Assembly (NCBI GenBank): GCA_045646345.1
Contig: JAZRKN010000005.1
Location: 13,594-77,593, forward strand
Source of the DNA: Candidatus Scatovivens sp.
GTDB taxonomy: Bacteria; Bacillota; Clostridia; TANB77; CAG-508
Length of the DNA stretch: 64,000 nt
Direction: 5' to 3'
Numbering within the stretch: position 1 is the first letter of the stretch; the number at the start of each line of letters is the position of its first letter. Position numbers and translations under genes: made by a program. The notes under the pieces are model-generated. The model searched no databases and was not told the origin of the DNA. It worked only from the letters and a program-made list of their open reading frames with translations. Positions 27,484-38,016 of this stretch are shown piece by piece.

Positions 27484-29419
27484 TCAAAAAGATTTTTATA
27501 TTAAAAGCAAATTTAAACAAGACGATTTAATTTCAAAAAATGCAGACGAGGTATTTAATAATTTTTTAAGAGGTGAAATAAAAATGGAAGAAGAAAAAGT
27601 AGTAAATATTAATAATACTACAAAAGAGAAAGAATCGAAAAAAACAAATATAAGAAAAATATTATCAATAGCAGCAACTTTGGTTGTAATCTTTTTAGGA
27701 GCAAACGTTTATGCTGCAACACAAGGATATAATAATATATTTTTTATTATAAATAATTTATTTAATCCAACAGAAATTACAGATCCAAATGAAATATTAA
27801 CAGATAGAGATATTATAATCTCATATAGACCGATTGAAGTAAGCAAAGGTTTAAGTATTCAAATTAACAGATTAATAGTAAAAGATAATGAAGCTGTTCT
27901 TTATTTAGATGTAGAAAATGGTGAGTCTAAAGAAGAAATTGATACAATTGCAGTATATGATATAACAGATGGAAAAAAAGAATTAATAGCAAATCATTCA
28001 GCTTTAAGCAAAAAAGAAGGACGTCATACAGAAGAAATTAAATTAACAAAATTTTCAAATAAAACAGAATCAATTCAATTAGATCTACAAGATAAAGAGT
28101 TTAACAAAGTAATTTCTTTTGAAATTAACTTGGATAAAAAAGAAATTAATATATTATCAGCTTCTGAAAAAGAAATGAAAAAAATATCAGAAGTAGAATT
28201 AAAAGAGTTTTTATCAAAAATAGTAAGAATTAATTTCTTTAAAGATAAAGATGCGTTAACTAAATATCATACAGAACAAGAATACAAAGATGAAATTAAA
28301 GTATTATATGCTTTAGAATTATTGGATAAAGAAAAAGCTAGCTTCGAAGAAGTTCATAAAGTAATAAAAGAATTTACAGGAGAAACTTTTGAAGATCCAA
28401 TAAGCTTAGCCAATATAGTAGTTACCAAATATGATGATGGTTATAAATATGTAACTGAAAAAGATATGCATCAAGTTAAAGCATTGTGTTTAGAAGTTTC
28501 TGATATAAAATATTCTAATGGTATATATACAGTAAGTTGTATATATACATATCCAACAGATGAGGATTATAAAAATAATAAAATAGAAGAATTAGATAAA
28601 TTTACAACAACATTTGAATTTACATTAAATGAAAATTATGAATATACAGAATTTTGTGTATTATCTGTAAATGATTTTGTAAGTAGTTTATATGAAGTAA
28701 GTAAAGAAACAGAAGATGATATTGTAGAAATTCCAGACGAAAATGAAGAAAACAATTCTGAAAATAAAGAAGATAATTCAGATGATAAAGAAGTACCAGA
28801 AAACAACAATGAAAATAACAACCAATCAAATTCAAACGAAAATTCTGGAACAATACCAGAGCCGCCAGCAAATACAAATCCATCAGATAGTACTGTTATA
28901 AATCCAGGAAATGTTGATAATTATGCATCAACAATGGTATGGAATGATTTCTTTACACCAGGATTAAGAGGAAAAATGCCAGCTGGATGGAATATAAAAG
29001 AATTTATAACATCATATAAAGGACAAGAAGATGATGGAAAACTTGCTAAATCAGTATCAGGAGTTGCAATAGGAATAAACAAAGAAACAAACGAAATTGT
29101 AAGATCAAATTTAATAATTAATTTTTATATGCCTGAATTTATAGAAGCAGGAAATACATTAGATTATACAAGAATTGTAGCAAACAGATATAACATGGAA
29201 GCTTCAGAAGCAGGATATACAAGTAATGAAGGTATGGATTGGAAAATGGTTGTAGAACCATATAACAATAGAGAATTTTATTGTCATTATGAACCAATGT
29301 ATGGTAGTGCTGAAGGTGTAGGATATGTTGTAGAAATTATTTGTGACAATTATGATAACTATAAAGTAATAAATATAATTAACTGGATATTCGGAAATTT
29401 AAAAGGAGCATCTTTTTAA
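27467..29419 (+). CDS. putative anti-sigma factor, single TM helix with large extracytoplasmic domain
   Basis: Overlaps the end of the sigma gene by 17 nt. Short cytoplasmic N-terminus, TM helix ILSIAATLVVIFLGANVYA, about 560-aa outside part with an N/E/S-rich linker. Confidence 0.55.
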   Translation: MNALDNQKDFYIKSKFKQDDLISKNADEVFNNFLRGEIKMEEEKVVNINNTTKEKESKKTNIRKILSIAATLVVIFLGANVYAATQGYNNIFFIINNLFNPTEITDPNEILTDRDIIISYRPIEVSKGLSIQINRLIVKDNEAVLYLDVENGESKEEIDTIAVYDITDGKKELIANHSALSKKEGRHTEEIKLTKFSNKTESIQLDLQDKEFNKVISFEINLDKKEINILSASEKEMKKISEVELKEFLSKIVRINFFKDKDALTKYHTEQEYKDEIKVLYALELLDKEKASFEEVHKVIKEFTGETFEDPISLANIVVTKYDDGYKYVTEKDMHQVKALCLEVSDIKYSNGIYTVSCIYTYPTDEDYKNNKIEELDKFTTTFEFTLNENYEYTEFCVLSVNDFVSSLYEVSKETEDDIVEIPDENEENNSENKEDNSDDKEVPENNNENNNQSNSNENSGTIPEPPANTNPSDSTVINPGNVDNYASTMVWNDFFTPGLRGKMPAGWNIKEFITSYKGQEDDGKLAKSVSGVAIGINKETNEIVRSNLIINFYMPEFIEAGNTLDYTRIVANRYNMEASEAGYTSNEGMDWKMVVEPYNNREFYCHYEPMYGSAEGVGYVVEIICDNYDNYKVINIINWIFGNLKGASF

Positions 29420-29439
29420 TTGATATAAAATGAAAACGT

Positions 29440-29480
29440 AAGGATTATACTAAAAAAATGGTATAATCCTTGTTTTTTTA
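29440..29480 (+). terminator. intrinsic terminator
   Basis: Stem aaggattatac/gtataatcctt plus a T-run. Confidence 0.7.
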
Positions 29481-29531
29481 TTGATTTTTAAAGAAAAAAC
29501 GAAGAAAAAGCTTTAAAATACTTGATGTTTC

Positions 29532-29560
29532 TTGCAATTACGAAAAAGATAGTATATAAT
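29532..29560 (+). promoter_or_regulatory. sigma-A type promoter for mfd
   Basis: TTGCAA-17 nt-TATAAT. Confidence 0.5.
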
Positions 29561-29633
29561 TATGTGGCATTTTTAAATAATATATTAAAAATGGAGTAAT
29601 ATATTATATATAAATATAAGAAAGGAAAAAGAA

Positions 29634-32600
29634 ATGAATTCATTAATCAAAACAGTACCAAATGTTAAAAAGTTTAATGACTATTTGTTTGAGCTTAATA
29701 AAGGCACTACACCAATTATGCTATCAGGTTTAACTGATGTGGGAAAAATCCATATGGCTTATGCTACGAAATTTTATAGTGAAAAGCCAATTTGTATTAT
29801 TACTTATAATGAAATGCAAGCGAAAAAAATAATAAAAGATTTAGATTTCTTTGGCGAAAAAGTAAGATTTTTTCCTAAAAGAGATGTAATTAGTTTTGAC
29901 TATGTGGCAGAAAGTAAAGATACATTATTTAAAAGAATATCTGTATTAAATGCTTTAGTAAAAAACGAAAAGAAAATTGTAGTTACTACAATAGAAGCAG
30001 CAATGCAAAAAATGATTACTAAAGAAAACTTATATAAAAACGTAATGAAATTAAAAGTAGGGGCTCAAGTTGATCTTGAAGTTTTGAAAGAAAAGTTAGT
30101 ACTACTTGGATATGAAAGATATGATTTGATAGAAGGAAAAGGCCAATTTAGTGTAAGAGGTGGTATTGTTGATATTGCTACTTCTGTAAATAGCGGTGTT
30201 AGAATTGAATTTTGGGGAGATGAAATAGATTCTATTAGAAAATTTAGTTTAACAACGCAAAGAACTGTGAAAATGTTAGATGAAATAGAAATTTATCCAT
30301 CTTATGAATTTCTATTAACAGACAAAGTAGAAACAGTTTGTGAAAGAATTGGGGAAAAATTTTATCCAAATTCTGTTAAAGAAAAAGTTAAAGAAGATAT
30401 TTTCCAAATTCAAAATGGTGACTTCTTGACAAAAATTGACAAATATTTTGATTGTTTTTATACAGAAACAGCAACACTTTTAGATTACTTAGAAGATGAC
30501 TGTATAATATTTATAGATGAAATTGCAAAAATAAAAGCAAGAGCGGAAAATATAACTAAAGATAATACTCATTTAATAAAAGATTTAACTGAGAAAAATA
30601 AAATTGTTCCAGGAATCTTGACAGAGATGAAAGATTACATCAAATTCTCTGAAGGTTTAACTAAAAAACAAGTTGTTTATTTAGAAAAACAAGACATAGG
30701 TTTTGTGGATAAAGAAAGTATGCATGCAAAAAGAAACGGATATAGCTTTAGCTATAGGGAGGTCAACTTTTTTCGTAGTTCAATGGATTTACTGTTTCAG
30801 GAACTACAAGAAGCAATTAACAGAGGGAAACAAACAGTAATTCTAGGCGGAAGCACGGAAAATTGTCGCAAGCTTGCGAACTTACTTTTAGAAAAAGAAA
30901 TACCAAATATATATGCTGATTTTTTAGAAGATGACTTAACTCTTGGTGTGGTAAACATCACACCAGGAGCTTTTTCTGCGGGATTTGAATTTTATGATGC
31001 AGAACTTTTAGTAATTTCTACAGAAGAAATTTTTGAAAGCAAACCTCAAAAAAGATTAAAAACTCCAAGTGCTTTTAAAGAAGGAGAAGTAGTTGTATTT
31101 GCAGATTTAAAAGAAGGTGACTTTATAGTTCATAAAGCACACGGAATCGGACAATATCTTGGTGTAAATACAATTAGAGCAGATGGTATAACAAAAGATT
31201 ATATAAAATTAAAGTATAAAGATGATGATATTTTATATATTCCAACAAATAGTTTGGATAACATCAGAAAATATGTTGGACCAGAAAAAGTAGGACCAAA
31301 ATTAAATAGACTTGGTTCTAAAGAATGGGATAAGACAAAAGCAAGAGTAAAAAGTAATTTAAGAGAAGTTGCAGAAGAACTAATTGAATTATATGCAAAG
31401 CGTCAAAAAATGGAAGGATTCGCATTCTCGAAAGATACACCATGGCAACAAGAGTTCGAAGATAGTTTTAAATATGTTGAAACAGACGACCAATTAAGAT
31501 GTATTGATGAAGTAAAAAAAGATATGGAAAAACCTAAACCGATGGACAGATTATTATGTGGTGATGTTGGTTATGGAAAAACAGAAGTTGCTATAAGAGC
31601 AGCATTTAAATCGGTAATGGATCAAAAACAAGTTGTTTATTTAGTTCCAACAACAGTTTTAGCTCAACAACAATATGAGAGTTTTAGAGACAGAATGAAG
31701 GAATATCCTGTAAGAATAGAACTTTTAAATAGATTTAGAACTAAAAAAGAACAAGAAGATACATTAAAAAGACTAGAACTTGGAGAAACAGATATTTTAG
31801 TTGGAACTCATAGAGTTTTAAGTAAAGATGTTAACTTTAAAAATCTAGGATTACTAATTATAGATGAAGAGCATAGATTTGGAGTTAAAGCAAAAGAGAA
31901 AATAAAAGAAATGAAAAATTCAATTGATGTATTAACAATGACAGCAACTCCAATTCCTAGAACTTTACACATGTCTGTGGTTGGTATGAGAGATATGTCT
32001 GTAATTTATGAACCACCACAAAATAGAAAACCAGTTCAAACTTATGTTTTAGAATACGATAAAGAAGTTGTAAAAGAAGCAATAACTCGTGAACTTGAAA
32101 AAGGTGGGCAAGTATTTTATCTATTTAACAATGTTGAAGGAATAGAGAAAAAAGCATTCGAAATATCAGAACTTGTTGAAGAAGCAAAAGTAGAATATGC
32201 TCATGGAAAAATGACAGGTAATCAACTAGAAAATATTATGCAAAACTTTGTTGATGGTAAATGTAATGTATTAGTATGCACAACAATATTAGAATCAGGA
32301 ATTGATATTCCAAATGCAAATACTATAATTGTTGAAAATGCTGATAGATTAGGATTAGCTCAACTTTATCAAATAAGAGGAAGGGTAGGGCGTTCAGAAA
32401 AGCAAGCCTATGCATATATAACTTATAGAAGAGATAAATTATTATCTGAAGTTGCTGATAAAAGGTTAAAAGCAATAAAAGAATTTACAGAATTTGGATC
32501 TGGTTTCAAAATAGCAATGAGAGATTTAGAGATTCGTGGTGCTGGAAGTTTAATGGGAGAAATACAACATGGTCATATGGAACAAATTGGATATGATATG

Positions 32601-33089
32601 TATTGCAAACTTCTAGATGAGGTTGTAAAAGAAATCAGAGGAGAAGAAATAATTGAAGAAGTAGATGTTCAAATTGAATTAGATGTTACAAGTTATATTC
32701 CTGAAGAATATATTGAAAATGCGGGATTTAAAATTGAAGTATATCAAAATATTGCTCTATGTAAATCAGAAGAAGATATTGAGAATGTGACAGATGAAAT
32801 AATAGATAGATTTGGGCAAATGCCATATGAAGTAGAAAATCTATTGGATATTGCAAGAATAAAAATATTATCTAGAGAAAAATCAATTTTTAAAGTTGCC
32901 CAAAGAAAAGAGAATGTTATTTTTTATTTTGATAATACGAAATTTAATTTTGATGTAGTAGAGAAACTTATGAAATTATACAGAAATAGAATTAAGTTCT
33001 CACCATCAAAAGAACCTTATATAACATTTAAAATTGCTGAACTTAAAAATATTTTAGAAGAAGTGAAAGATTTTTTAAATAAATTATAA
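29634..33089 (+). CDS. mfd: transcription-repair coupling factor
   Basis: 1151 aa. CGDVGYGKTEVA Walker A, IIDEEHRFG, and a TRG-motif region. Confidence 0.95.
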   Translation: MNSLIKTVPNVKKFNDYLFELNKGTTPIMLSGLTDVGKIHMAYATKFYSEKPICIITYNEMQAKKIIKDLDFFGEKVRFFPKRDVISFDYVAESKDTLFKRISVLNALVKNEKKIVVTTIEAAMQKMITKENLYKNVMKLKVGAQVDLEVLKEKLVLLGYERYDLIEGKGQFSVRGGIVDIATSVNSGVRIEFWGDEIDSIRKFSLTTQRTVKMLDEIEIYPSYEFLLTDKVETVCERIGEKFYPNSVKEKVKEDIFQIQNGDFLTKIDKYFDCFYTETATLLDYLEDDCIIFIDEIAKIKARAENITKDNTHLIKDLTEKNKIVPGILTEMKDYIKFSEGLTKKQVVYLEKQDIGFVDKESMHAKRNGYSFSYREVNFFRSSMDLLFQELQEAINRGKQTVILGGSTENCRKLANLLLEKEIPNIYADFLEDDLTLGVVNITPGAFSAGFEFYDAELLVISTEEIFESKPQKRLKTPSAFKEGEVVVFADLKEGDFIVHKAHGIGQYLGVNTIRADGITKDYIKLKYKDDDILYIPTNSLDNIRKYVGPEKVGPKLNRLGSKEWDKTKARVKSNLREVAEELIELYAKRQKMEGFAFSKDTPWQQEFEDSFKYVETDDQLRCIDEVKKDMEKPKPMDRLLCGDVGYGKTEVAIRAAFKSVMDQKQVVYLVPTTVLAQQQYESFRDRMKEYPVRIELLNRFRTKKEQEDTLKRLELGETDILVGTHRVLSKDVNFKNLGLLIIDEEHRFGVKAKEKIKEMKNSIDVLTMTATPIPRTLHMSVVGMRDMSVIYEPPQNRKPVQTYVLEYDKEVVKEAITRELEKGGQVFYLFNNVEGIEKKAFEISELVEEAKVEYAHGKMTGNQLENIMQNFVDGKCNVLVCTTILESGIDIPNANTIIVENADRLGLAQLYQIRGRVGRSEKQAYAYITYRRDKLLSEVADKRLKAIKEFTEFGSGFKIAMRDLEIRGAGSLMGEIQHGHMEQIGYDMYCKLLDEVVKEIRGEEIIEEVDVQIELDVTSYIPEEYIENAGFKIEVYQNIALCKSEEDIENVTDEIIDRFGQMPYEVENLLDIARIKILSREKSIFKVAQRKENVIFYFDNTKFNFDVVEKLMKLYRNRIKFSPSKEPYITFKIAELKNILEEVKDFLNKL

Positions 33090-33099
33090 AAATAGAAAA

Positions 33100-33133
33100 C
33101 CACCGCGAAAATTATTTTTGCGGTGGCTTTTTT
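33100..33133. terminator. intrinsic terminator between convergent genes
   Basis: Stem ccaccgc/gcggtgg plus T6. Confidence 0.7.
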
Positions 33134-33163
33134 GTGTATCAATACGATACTGAGGATAGCGAT

Positions 33164-33688
33164 TTAGCCTTTCATACTTAAAATGTGACTGTTACAGTCT
33201 TCACTAACTTCGAACAATCCAACGGCTCTACGAAAGATATCTTCTGGATCAACGATTTTTTTGATTTCGTTTAAGATATCTTCATTGAACTCGTTGGTAT
33301 CTGAAGAGCTGAATTTGAAAGTGAATTCATAATTGCAAACGTCAAATTCAAGCAATTTAAATCCTTTTGCATTCAAATAATCATGAACACTAGAGATTTT
33401 GTCGTAATACTTCACACTGATAAGCAATGTGTCAGAATACTCGTAGAAGTGAACGAGACCAGTGATATATGGAACGGACAAGGTGTCGGTCCAATAAAAG
33501 AGTTCTCGCACTTTATTAAGCGCATCTTCTGAAAACGTTACCTTTTTTGGAAATTCCACATAGATCATATCGTCTTTGACGTAAATTGTACTATCTGTGT
33601 GGCCAAGCGAATGAAGGTATGCTTTCAAGTGGGTAATTGCTATTGATGTTGGGGTTTCGCTTACTACTGAATTTTCTCTTTGGGTCAT
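33164..33688 (-). CDS. hypothetical 174-aa protein (compositionally foreign)
   Basis: AGGAGG sits 6 nt before ATG 33688 (MTQRENSVV...). The promoter lies downstream of the ORF-track start. No recognised domain. Confidence 0.55.
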   Translation of the reverse strand: MTQRENSVVSETPTSIAITHLKAYLHSLGHTDSTIYVKDDMIYVEFPKKVTFSEDALNKVRELFYWTDTLSVPYITGLVHFYEYSDTLLISVKYYDKISSVHDYLNAKGFKLLEFDVCNYEFTFKFSSSDTNEFNEDILNEIKKIVDPEDIFRRAVGLFEVSEDCNSHILSMKG

Positions 33689-33731
33689 GCTATTCCTCCT
33701 TGTAGGGTTCAAAAAATTTGCTACAGTTTTT

Positions 33732-33760
33732 ATTGTATCACGAATTGAAAGAAAAATCAA
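33732..33760 (-). promoter_or_regulatory. sigma-A type promoter
   Basis: Minus strand reads TTGATT-17 nt-(TGa)TACAAT. Confidence 0.5.
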
Positions 33761-33931
33761 ATATATCAATGTGTTGAGATGTTTTTAATTAATATAAACA
33801 TTTTTAATCACAAATATTTACGTAAACCATTTGAATGTGATATAATATATATGCTTGAAAAAAATTAATAAAATCTGAATAATATTTTATTAATTAGATA
33901 AAAATAATAAAAAATATAAAGGTGAGAAAAA

Positions 33932-34726
33932 ATGTTAATTACAAGTAAAGATAATGAAACTGTAAAACATATAAAAAAGTTAAAAGAAAAGAAATATAGG
34001 GAAGAGTTTAAAGAGTTTATTGTTGAAGGAATAAAAATGATAGAAGAGGCTATTAATGAAATGGCTGAAATAAAATCTATTATTATATGTGACGATTGCA
34101 AAACTACAGGATGTATTCCGAATGAACTTATGTATGAAATTGCAAAATATGATTGTATATATGTTTCTGAAAAAGTATTTAGCTATATATCAGATGTAAT
34201 GAATCCACAAGGAATAATGGCTGTTATTAGAAAACCAGAAATTAAAGAAAATGCAATAGATTTTGATGAAGATAACTTTTTGATATTAGATAATATTCAA
34301 GACCCAGGCAATATGGGGACAATTTTAAGAACTGCAGATAGTTTGAATTTTAAACAAATCATAGTTTCTAAAGATACTGCTGATATTTATAATCCAAAAG
34401 TTGTAAGATCAACAATGGGAGCAATTTTTAGAATAAAAGTGGTTGTATCGAATGATTTAGTTAAAACAATAAAAGAACTTAAAAAACATAAAATAAAAGT
34501 TTACGCAACTGACTTAAGAACTGATAAAAGTATTTATGATGTAGAATATAAAAAGTCTGCTATAGTAATTGGGAATGAAGCAAATGGTGTTTCTGAAGAA
34601 GTATTAAATGAAGCAAGTGTTAGAATAAAAATACCTATGAGTGGAAAAACAGAAAGTTTAAATGCGGCTGTTGCAACAAGTATTATTTTGTATGAAGCGT
34701 ATAGAAGTACTGGAAAAATAAAATAG
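33932..34726 (+). CDS. TrmH/SpoU-family RNA 2'-O-methyltransferase
   Basis: DNIQDPGNMGTILRTA and ESLNAAVATSIILYE motifs. Confidence 0.85.
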   Translation: MLITSKDNETVKHIKKLKEKKYREEFKEFIVEGIKMIEEAINEMAEIKSIIICDDCKTTGCIPNELMYEIAKYDCIYVSEKVFSYISDVMNPQGIMAVIRKPEIKENAIDFDEDNFLILDNIQDPGNMGTILRTADSLNFKQIIVSKDTADIYNPKVVRSTMGAIFRIKVVVSNDLVKTIKELKKHKIKVYATDLRTDKSIYDVEYKKSAIVIGNEANGVSEEVLNEASVRIKIPMSGKTESLNAAVATSIILYEAYRSTGKIK

Positions 34727-34737
34727 AAAAAATAAAA

Positions 34738-34770
34738 AAAGAAGATAAAGTAATAATTTATCTTCTTTTT
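34738..34770. terminator. bidirectional intrinsic terminator
   Basis: Stem aagaagataaa/tttatcttctt flanked by an A-run and a T-run. Confidence 0.7.
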
Positions 34771-34776
34771 GTTTTT

Positions 34777-35313
34777 TTATTGTTCTCCAATTAATAACTC
34801 TAAAAGTCTCGGATAAATATCTGATGCTCTTGTGTTCCAATTTTCAACTATTTTCTTTGCTTGTTCTCTTGAACCAGCGTGAGCTTGAAGATCGAAAATT
34901 GTAACATTATTTTCAACTATTTTGCATCTTACTGAGAATTCTCTTTCTGTTAAAGGTGTATATTCAGCAGAAATAGAAAACTTATCTTTTATTGTGTCTA
35001 AGTTTGCTTTAAACTTACTATCAACTTCTAATTTTAAAATTCCAGGAACTATATCGATTGTTAAATCAACTGCATTTTTTCCTTCTTTAGTTATTTCATA
35101 TATTTCAGTATCTTCTTGTATATATTTAAAAATATAATTATCTTCTAATAAATCTAGTAAAAATTGTTGAAAGTAAAAGTAATTCATATCTACAATTGAA
35201 GTTACTAGTTCTAAAAGCTCATTATGAGATATTGGTTTTCCAACTTTGCTTAAAATGTATAAAAGCAAAATTTTACTTTCAGCCAATGTTTGATCATCTG
35301 AATTTAATTTCAA
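34777..35313 (-). CDS. DUF4364-family protein (PadR-like winged helix suspected)
   Basis: LAESKILLLYILSKVGKPISHNELLELV is a family-typical N-terminus. The second TTG (35313) has better AGGAGG spacing than the ORF-track start at 35322. Confidence 0.55.
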   Translation of the reverse strand: MKLNSDDQTLAESKILLLYILSKVGKPISHNELLELVTSIVDMNYFYFQQFLLDLLEDNYIFKYIQEDTEIYEITKEGKNAVDLTIDIVPGILKLEVDSKFKANLDTIKDKFSISAEYTPLTEREFSVRCKIVENNVTIFDLQAHAGSREQAKKIVENWNTRASDIYPRLLELLIGEQ

Positions 35314-35453
35314 TTTTAACAACCTCCTTACAATACTAGGCTAATGCTATTATATCACAGAAATTGAAAATGTAAATAAATTTATTGCTCTAATATTATA
35401 AACTATGATAAAATACAAGCAAATAAACTCAAAAGATAAATAAAGGAGGGACA

Positions 35454-37226
35454 ATGGAAAATAAATATAATTGGGATTTGACAGAGTTTTTTGAAAATGA
35501 GGAAGCTTTAGAAAATTCAATAAAAGAACTATATAATAAATTAGAATTATTAAGAAGTTTTAAAGGAAAACTTGCAAACAGCGTAGATGAGATGTTTAAT
35601 TGTTATAAAACTTTAGAACAAGCATTAGAATTACATGAAAAAATTTATGCTTATGCGATGCTAAAATATCATCAAGATATGAGTAAGCAAGAATCAATAA
35701 AACTTTACAAAAAGATAGAAATGATAACAACAGAGTTTTCAGAAACTGAAAGTTTTCTATCTCCAGAGATAAGCAAAATTTCAGATGAAAGATTAGAAGA
35801 ATATTTGAAAGATTCTAGAATGCAAGAATATGAAAAATCAATTCGAGATATCATGAAAGAGAAAAAACATATTTTAAGTGAAGAAGTAGAAGCGGTTTTA
35901 GCAAAATATTCTGAAATTTTTTCAAGTAGTGAAAATACCTATGAAATATTTACAAATACAGAATTTGAATATCCTTCAATAATTGATGAAGAAGGTTTTG
36001 AACATAAAATGTCATCAGCTTTATTTTCTAAATATTTAATGAATAAATCTGAAAGTGTAAGAAAACAAGCTTTTGAATCAATGTATTCTTTGTATAAAAA
36101 ACATATAAATACAATAACAGAACTGTATTTGGCTAGAGTAAAACAAAGAGTTATATCAAGTAAATTAAGAAATTATGAATCTTCATTAGATGCGGCTACA
36201 AACCATGATGATTCTAATGTAAAAGTATATGAAACATTACTAAAAGAAGTAAATAAAAATATTCATTTAAATCATGAATATATTAATCTAAAAGCTAAAC
36301 TTTTAGGAAAAGAAAAAGTTCATATGTATGATGTATATGTAAATAATTTAGAAGTAGAAGATTCAAAAACAGAGTATGAAGATGCAAAACAAATAGTATT
36401 AGATGCCCTAAAACCAATGGGAGAAAAATATACAGATACTCTAAAAAAAGCTTTTGAAAATAATTGGATTGATGTATATACAAATGATAATAAAATGAGT
36501 GGAGCTTATAGCTTAGGTGTTCATAACCTTCATCCATTTGTATTATTAAATTATATAAAATCTTCAAGAGATGTTTCTACAATAGCTCATGAACTAGGTC
36601 ATTCTATGCATAGTTTTTATGCAAGCAAAAATCAAAATATAATAAATGCAAATTATACGATTATGGTTGCAGAAGTTGCTTCAACTGTAAATGAAATTTT
36701 ACTAGCAAATTATTTAATAAATAAAGAAAATGATGTTAAAAAGAAAATGGCTTTAATACATGAACAATTGGACTTAATAAGAGCAACATTAATAAGACAA
36801 TCTATGTTTGCTGAATTTGAAAAAGAAGTTCATGGAAAAGTAGAACTTGGAGAGAGTTTAACATCAGATAATTTAAATGATATTTATTTTGAATTAGTAG
36901 AAAAATATTTTGGAACAGATTGTATTATTGATGAACAAATAAAATATGAATGGGCAAGAATACCTCATTTCTATAGATGTTTTTATGTTTATAAATATGC
37001 AACAGGAATTACATCTGCTATAGTAATTGCAAGTAAAATTTTATCAGGTGAAGACGGATATGTTGAAAAATATATAAATATGCTTAGCCAAGGTGGTGCA
37101 AAAGATTCTTTAACACTTTTAAAAATGGTTGATGTAGATTTAGAAAAAGAAGAAACATATGAAGAAGCATTTAAATATTTTGAAAATAATTTAAATGAAT
37201 TAAAAATGTTATTAGAGGCGCAATAA
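35454..37226 (+). CDS. pepF: oligoendopeptidase F (M3B)
   Basis: HELGHSMH zinc motif; 590 aa. Confidence 0.9.
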   Translation: MENKYNWDLTEFFENEEALENSIKELYNKLELLRSFKGKLANSVDEMFNCYKTLEQALELHEKIYAYAMLKYHQDMSKQESIKLYKKIEMITTEFSETESFLSPEISKISDERLEEYLKDSRMQEYEKSIRDIMKEKKHILSEEVEAVLAKYSEIFSSSENTYEIFTNTEFEYPSIIDEEGFEHKMSSALFSKYLMNKSESVRKQAFESMYSLYKKHINTITELYLARVKQRVISSKLRNYESSLDAATNHDDSNVKVYETLLKEVNKNIHLNHEYINLKAKLLGKEKVHMYDVYVNNLEVEDSKTEYEDAKQIVLDALKPMGEKYTDTLKKAFENNWIDVYTNDNKMSGAYSLGVHNLHPFVLLNYIKSSRDVSTIAHELGHSMHSFYASKNQNIINANYTIMVAEVASTVNEILLANYLINKENDVKKKMALIHEQLDLIRATLIRQSMFAEFEKEVHGKVELGESLTSDNLNDIYFELVEKYFGTDCIIDEQIKYEWARIPHFYRCFYVYKYATGITSAIVIASKILSGEDGYVEKYINMLSQGGAKDSLTLLKMVDVDLEKEETYEEAFKYFENNLNELKMLLEAQ

Positions 37227-37238
37227 TTCACACAAAAA
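37225..37238 (+). repeat. left copy of 14-bp direct repeat AATTCACACAAAAA
   Basis: Exact match to 39538-39551. It overlaps the pepF stop codon and the -35 position of a (TGg)TATAAG -10 at 37253-37258. Confidence 0.9.
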
Positions 37239-37320
37239 ACATAATTATATGGTATAAGTATACTGTTAAATTAGATTGATATAAAAGACGTAGAAAAAGT
37301 TTAAAATATGGAGGTAAAAA

Positions 37321-38001
37321 ATGGGAGATGCAACAATTTTAATAGTAGATGATGAATCTAGAATGAGAAAGTTAATCAAAGATTTTTTAATACAAAAGAA
37401 TTTTAATATTTTAGAAGCTGAAGACGGTGAAAAAGCTTTAAAAGTTTATGAAGAAAATAAAGAAAAAATAGATTTAATTTTATTAGATGTAATGATGCCA
37501 AAACTAGATGGATGGTCTGTGCTTCGTAACATACGTCAAGAAAATAAAAAATTACCAATAGTTATGCTAACAGCAAGAGCAGAAGAACAAGATGAATTGT
37601 TTGGATTTGAACTTGGTGTTGATGAATATATAACTAAACCATTTAGTCCTAAAATTTTAGTTGCCAGAGTTGAATCAATTTTAAAAAGATCAAAACCAGA
37701 TGCAAAAGAATTAAAAAGCTATGATGGAATTGTTATAGATAATGAAGGAAGAACAGTAACAGTTGATGGAAAAGCGGTTGAACTAAGCTTTAGAGAATAT
37801 GAACTTTTAAAATATTTGTTGGATAATGAAAATATTGCATTATCTAGAGATAAAATATTAAATACTGTTTGGAATTATGATTACTATGGTGATTCAAGAA
37901 CAATAGATAGCCATATCAAAAAAATTAGACATAAATTAGGTAAAAAAGGAAAACACATTCAAACAATTAGAGGAATAGGATATAAGTTCGAAATTAAATA
38001 A
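37321..38001 (+). CDS. OmpR-family response regulator
   Basis: Receiver motifs DDE...LLDVMMPKLDG...T/K, plus wHTH RGIGYKF. Confidence 0.9.
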   Translation: MGDATILIVDDESRMRKLIKDFLIQKNFNILEAEDGEKALKVYEENKEKIDLILLDVMMPKLDGWSVLRNIRQENKKLPIVMLTARAEEQDELFGFELGVDEYITKPFSPKILVARVESILKRSKPDAKELKSYDGIVIDNEGRTVTVDGKAVELSFREYELLKYLLDNENIALSRDKILNTVWNYDYYGDSRTIDSHIKKIRHKLGKKGKHIQTIRGIGYKFEIK

Positions 38002-38016
38002 TAAAGGATGAAATAA

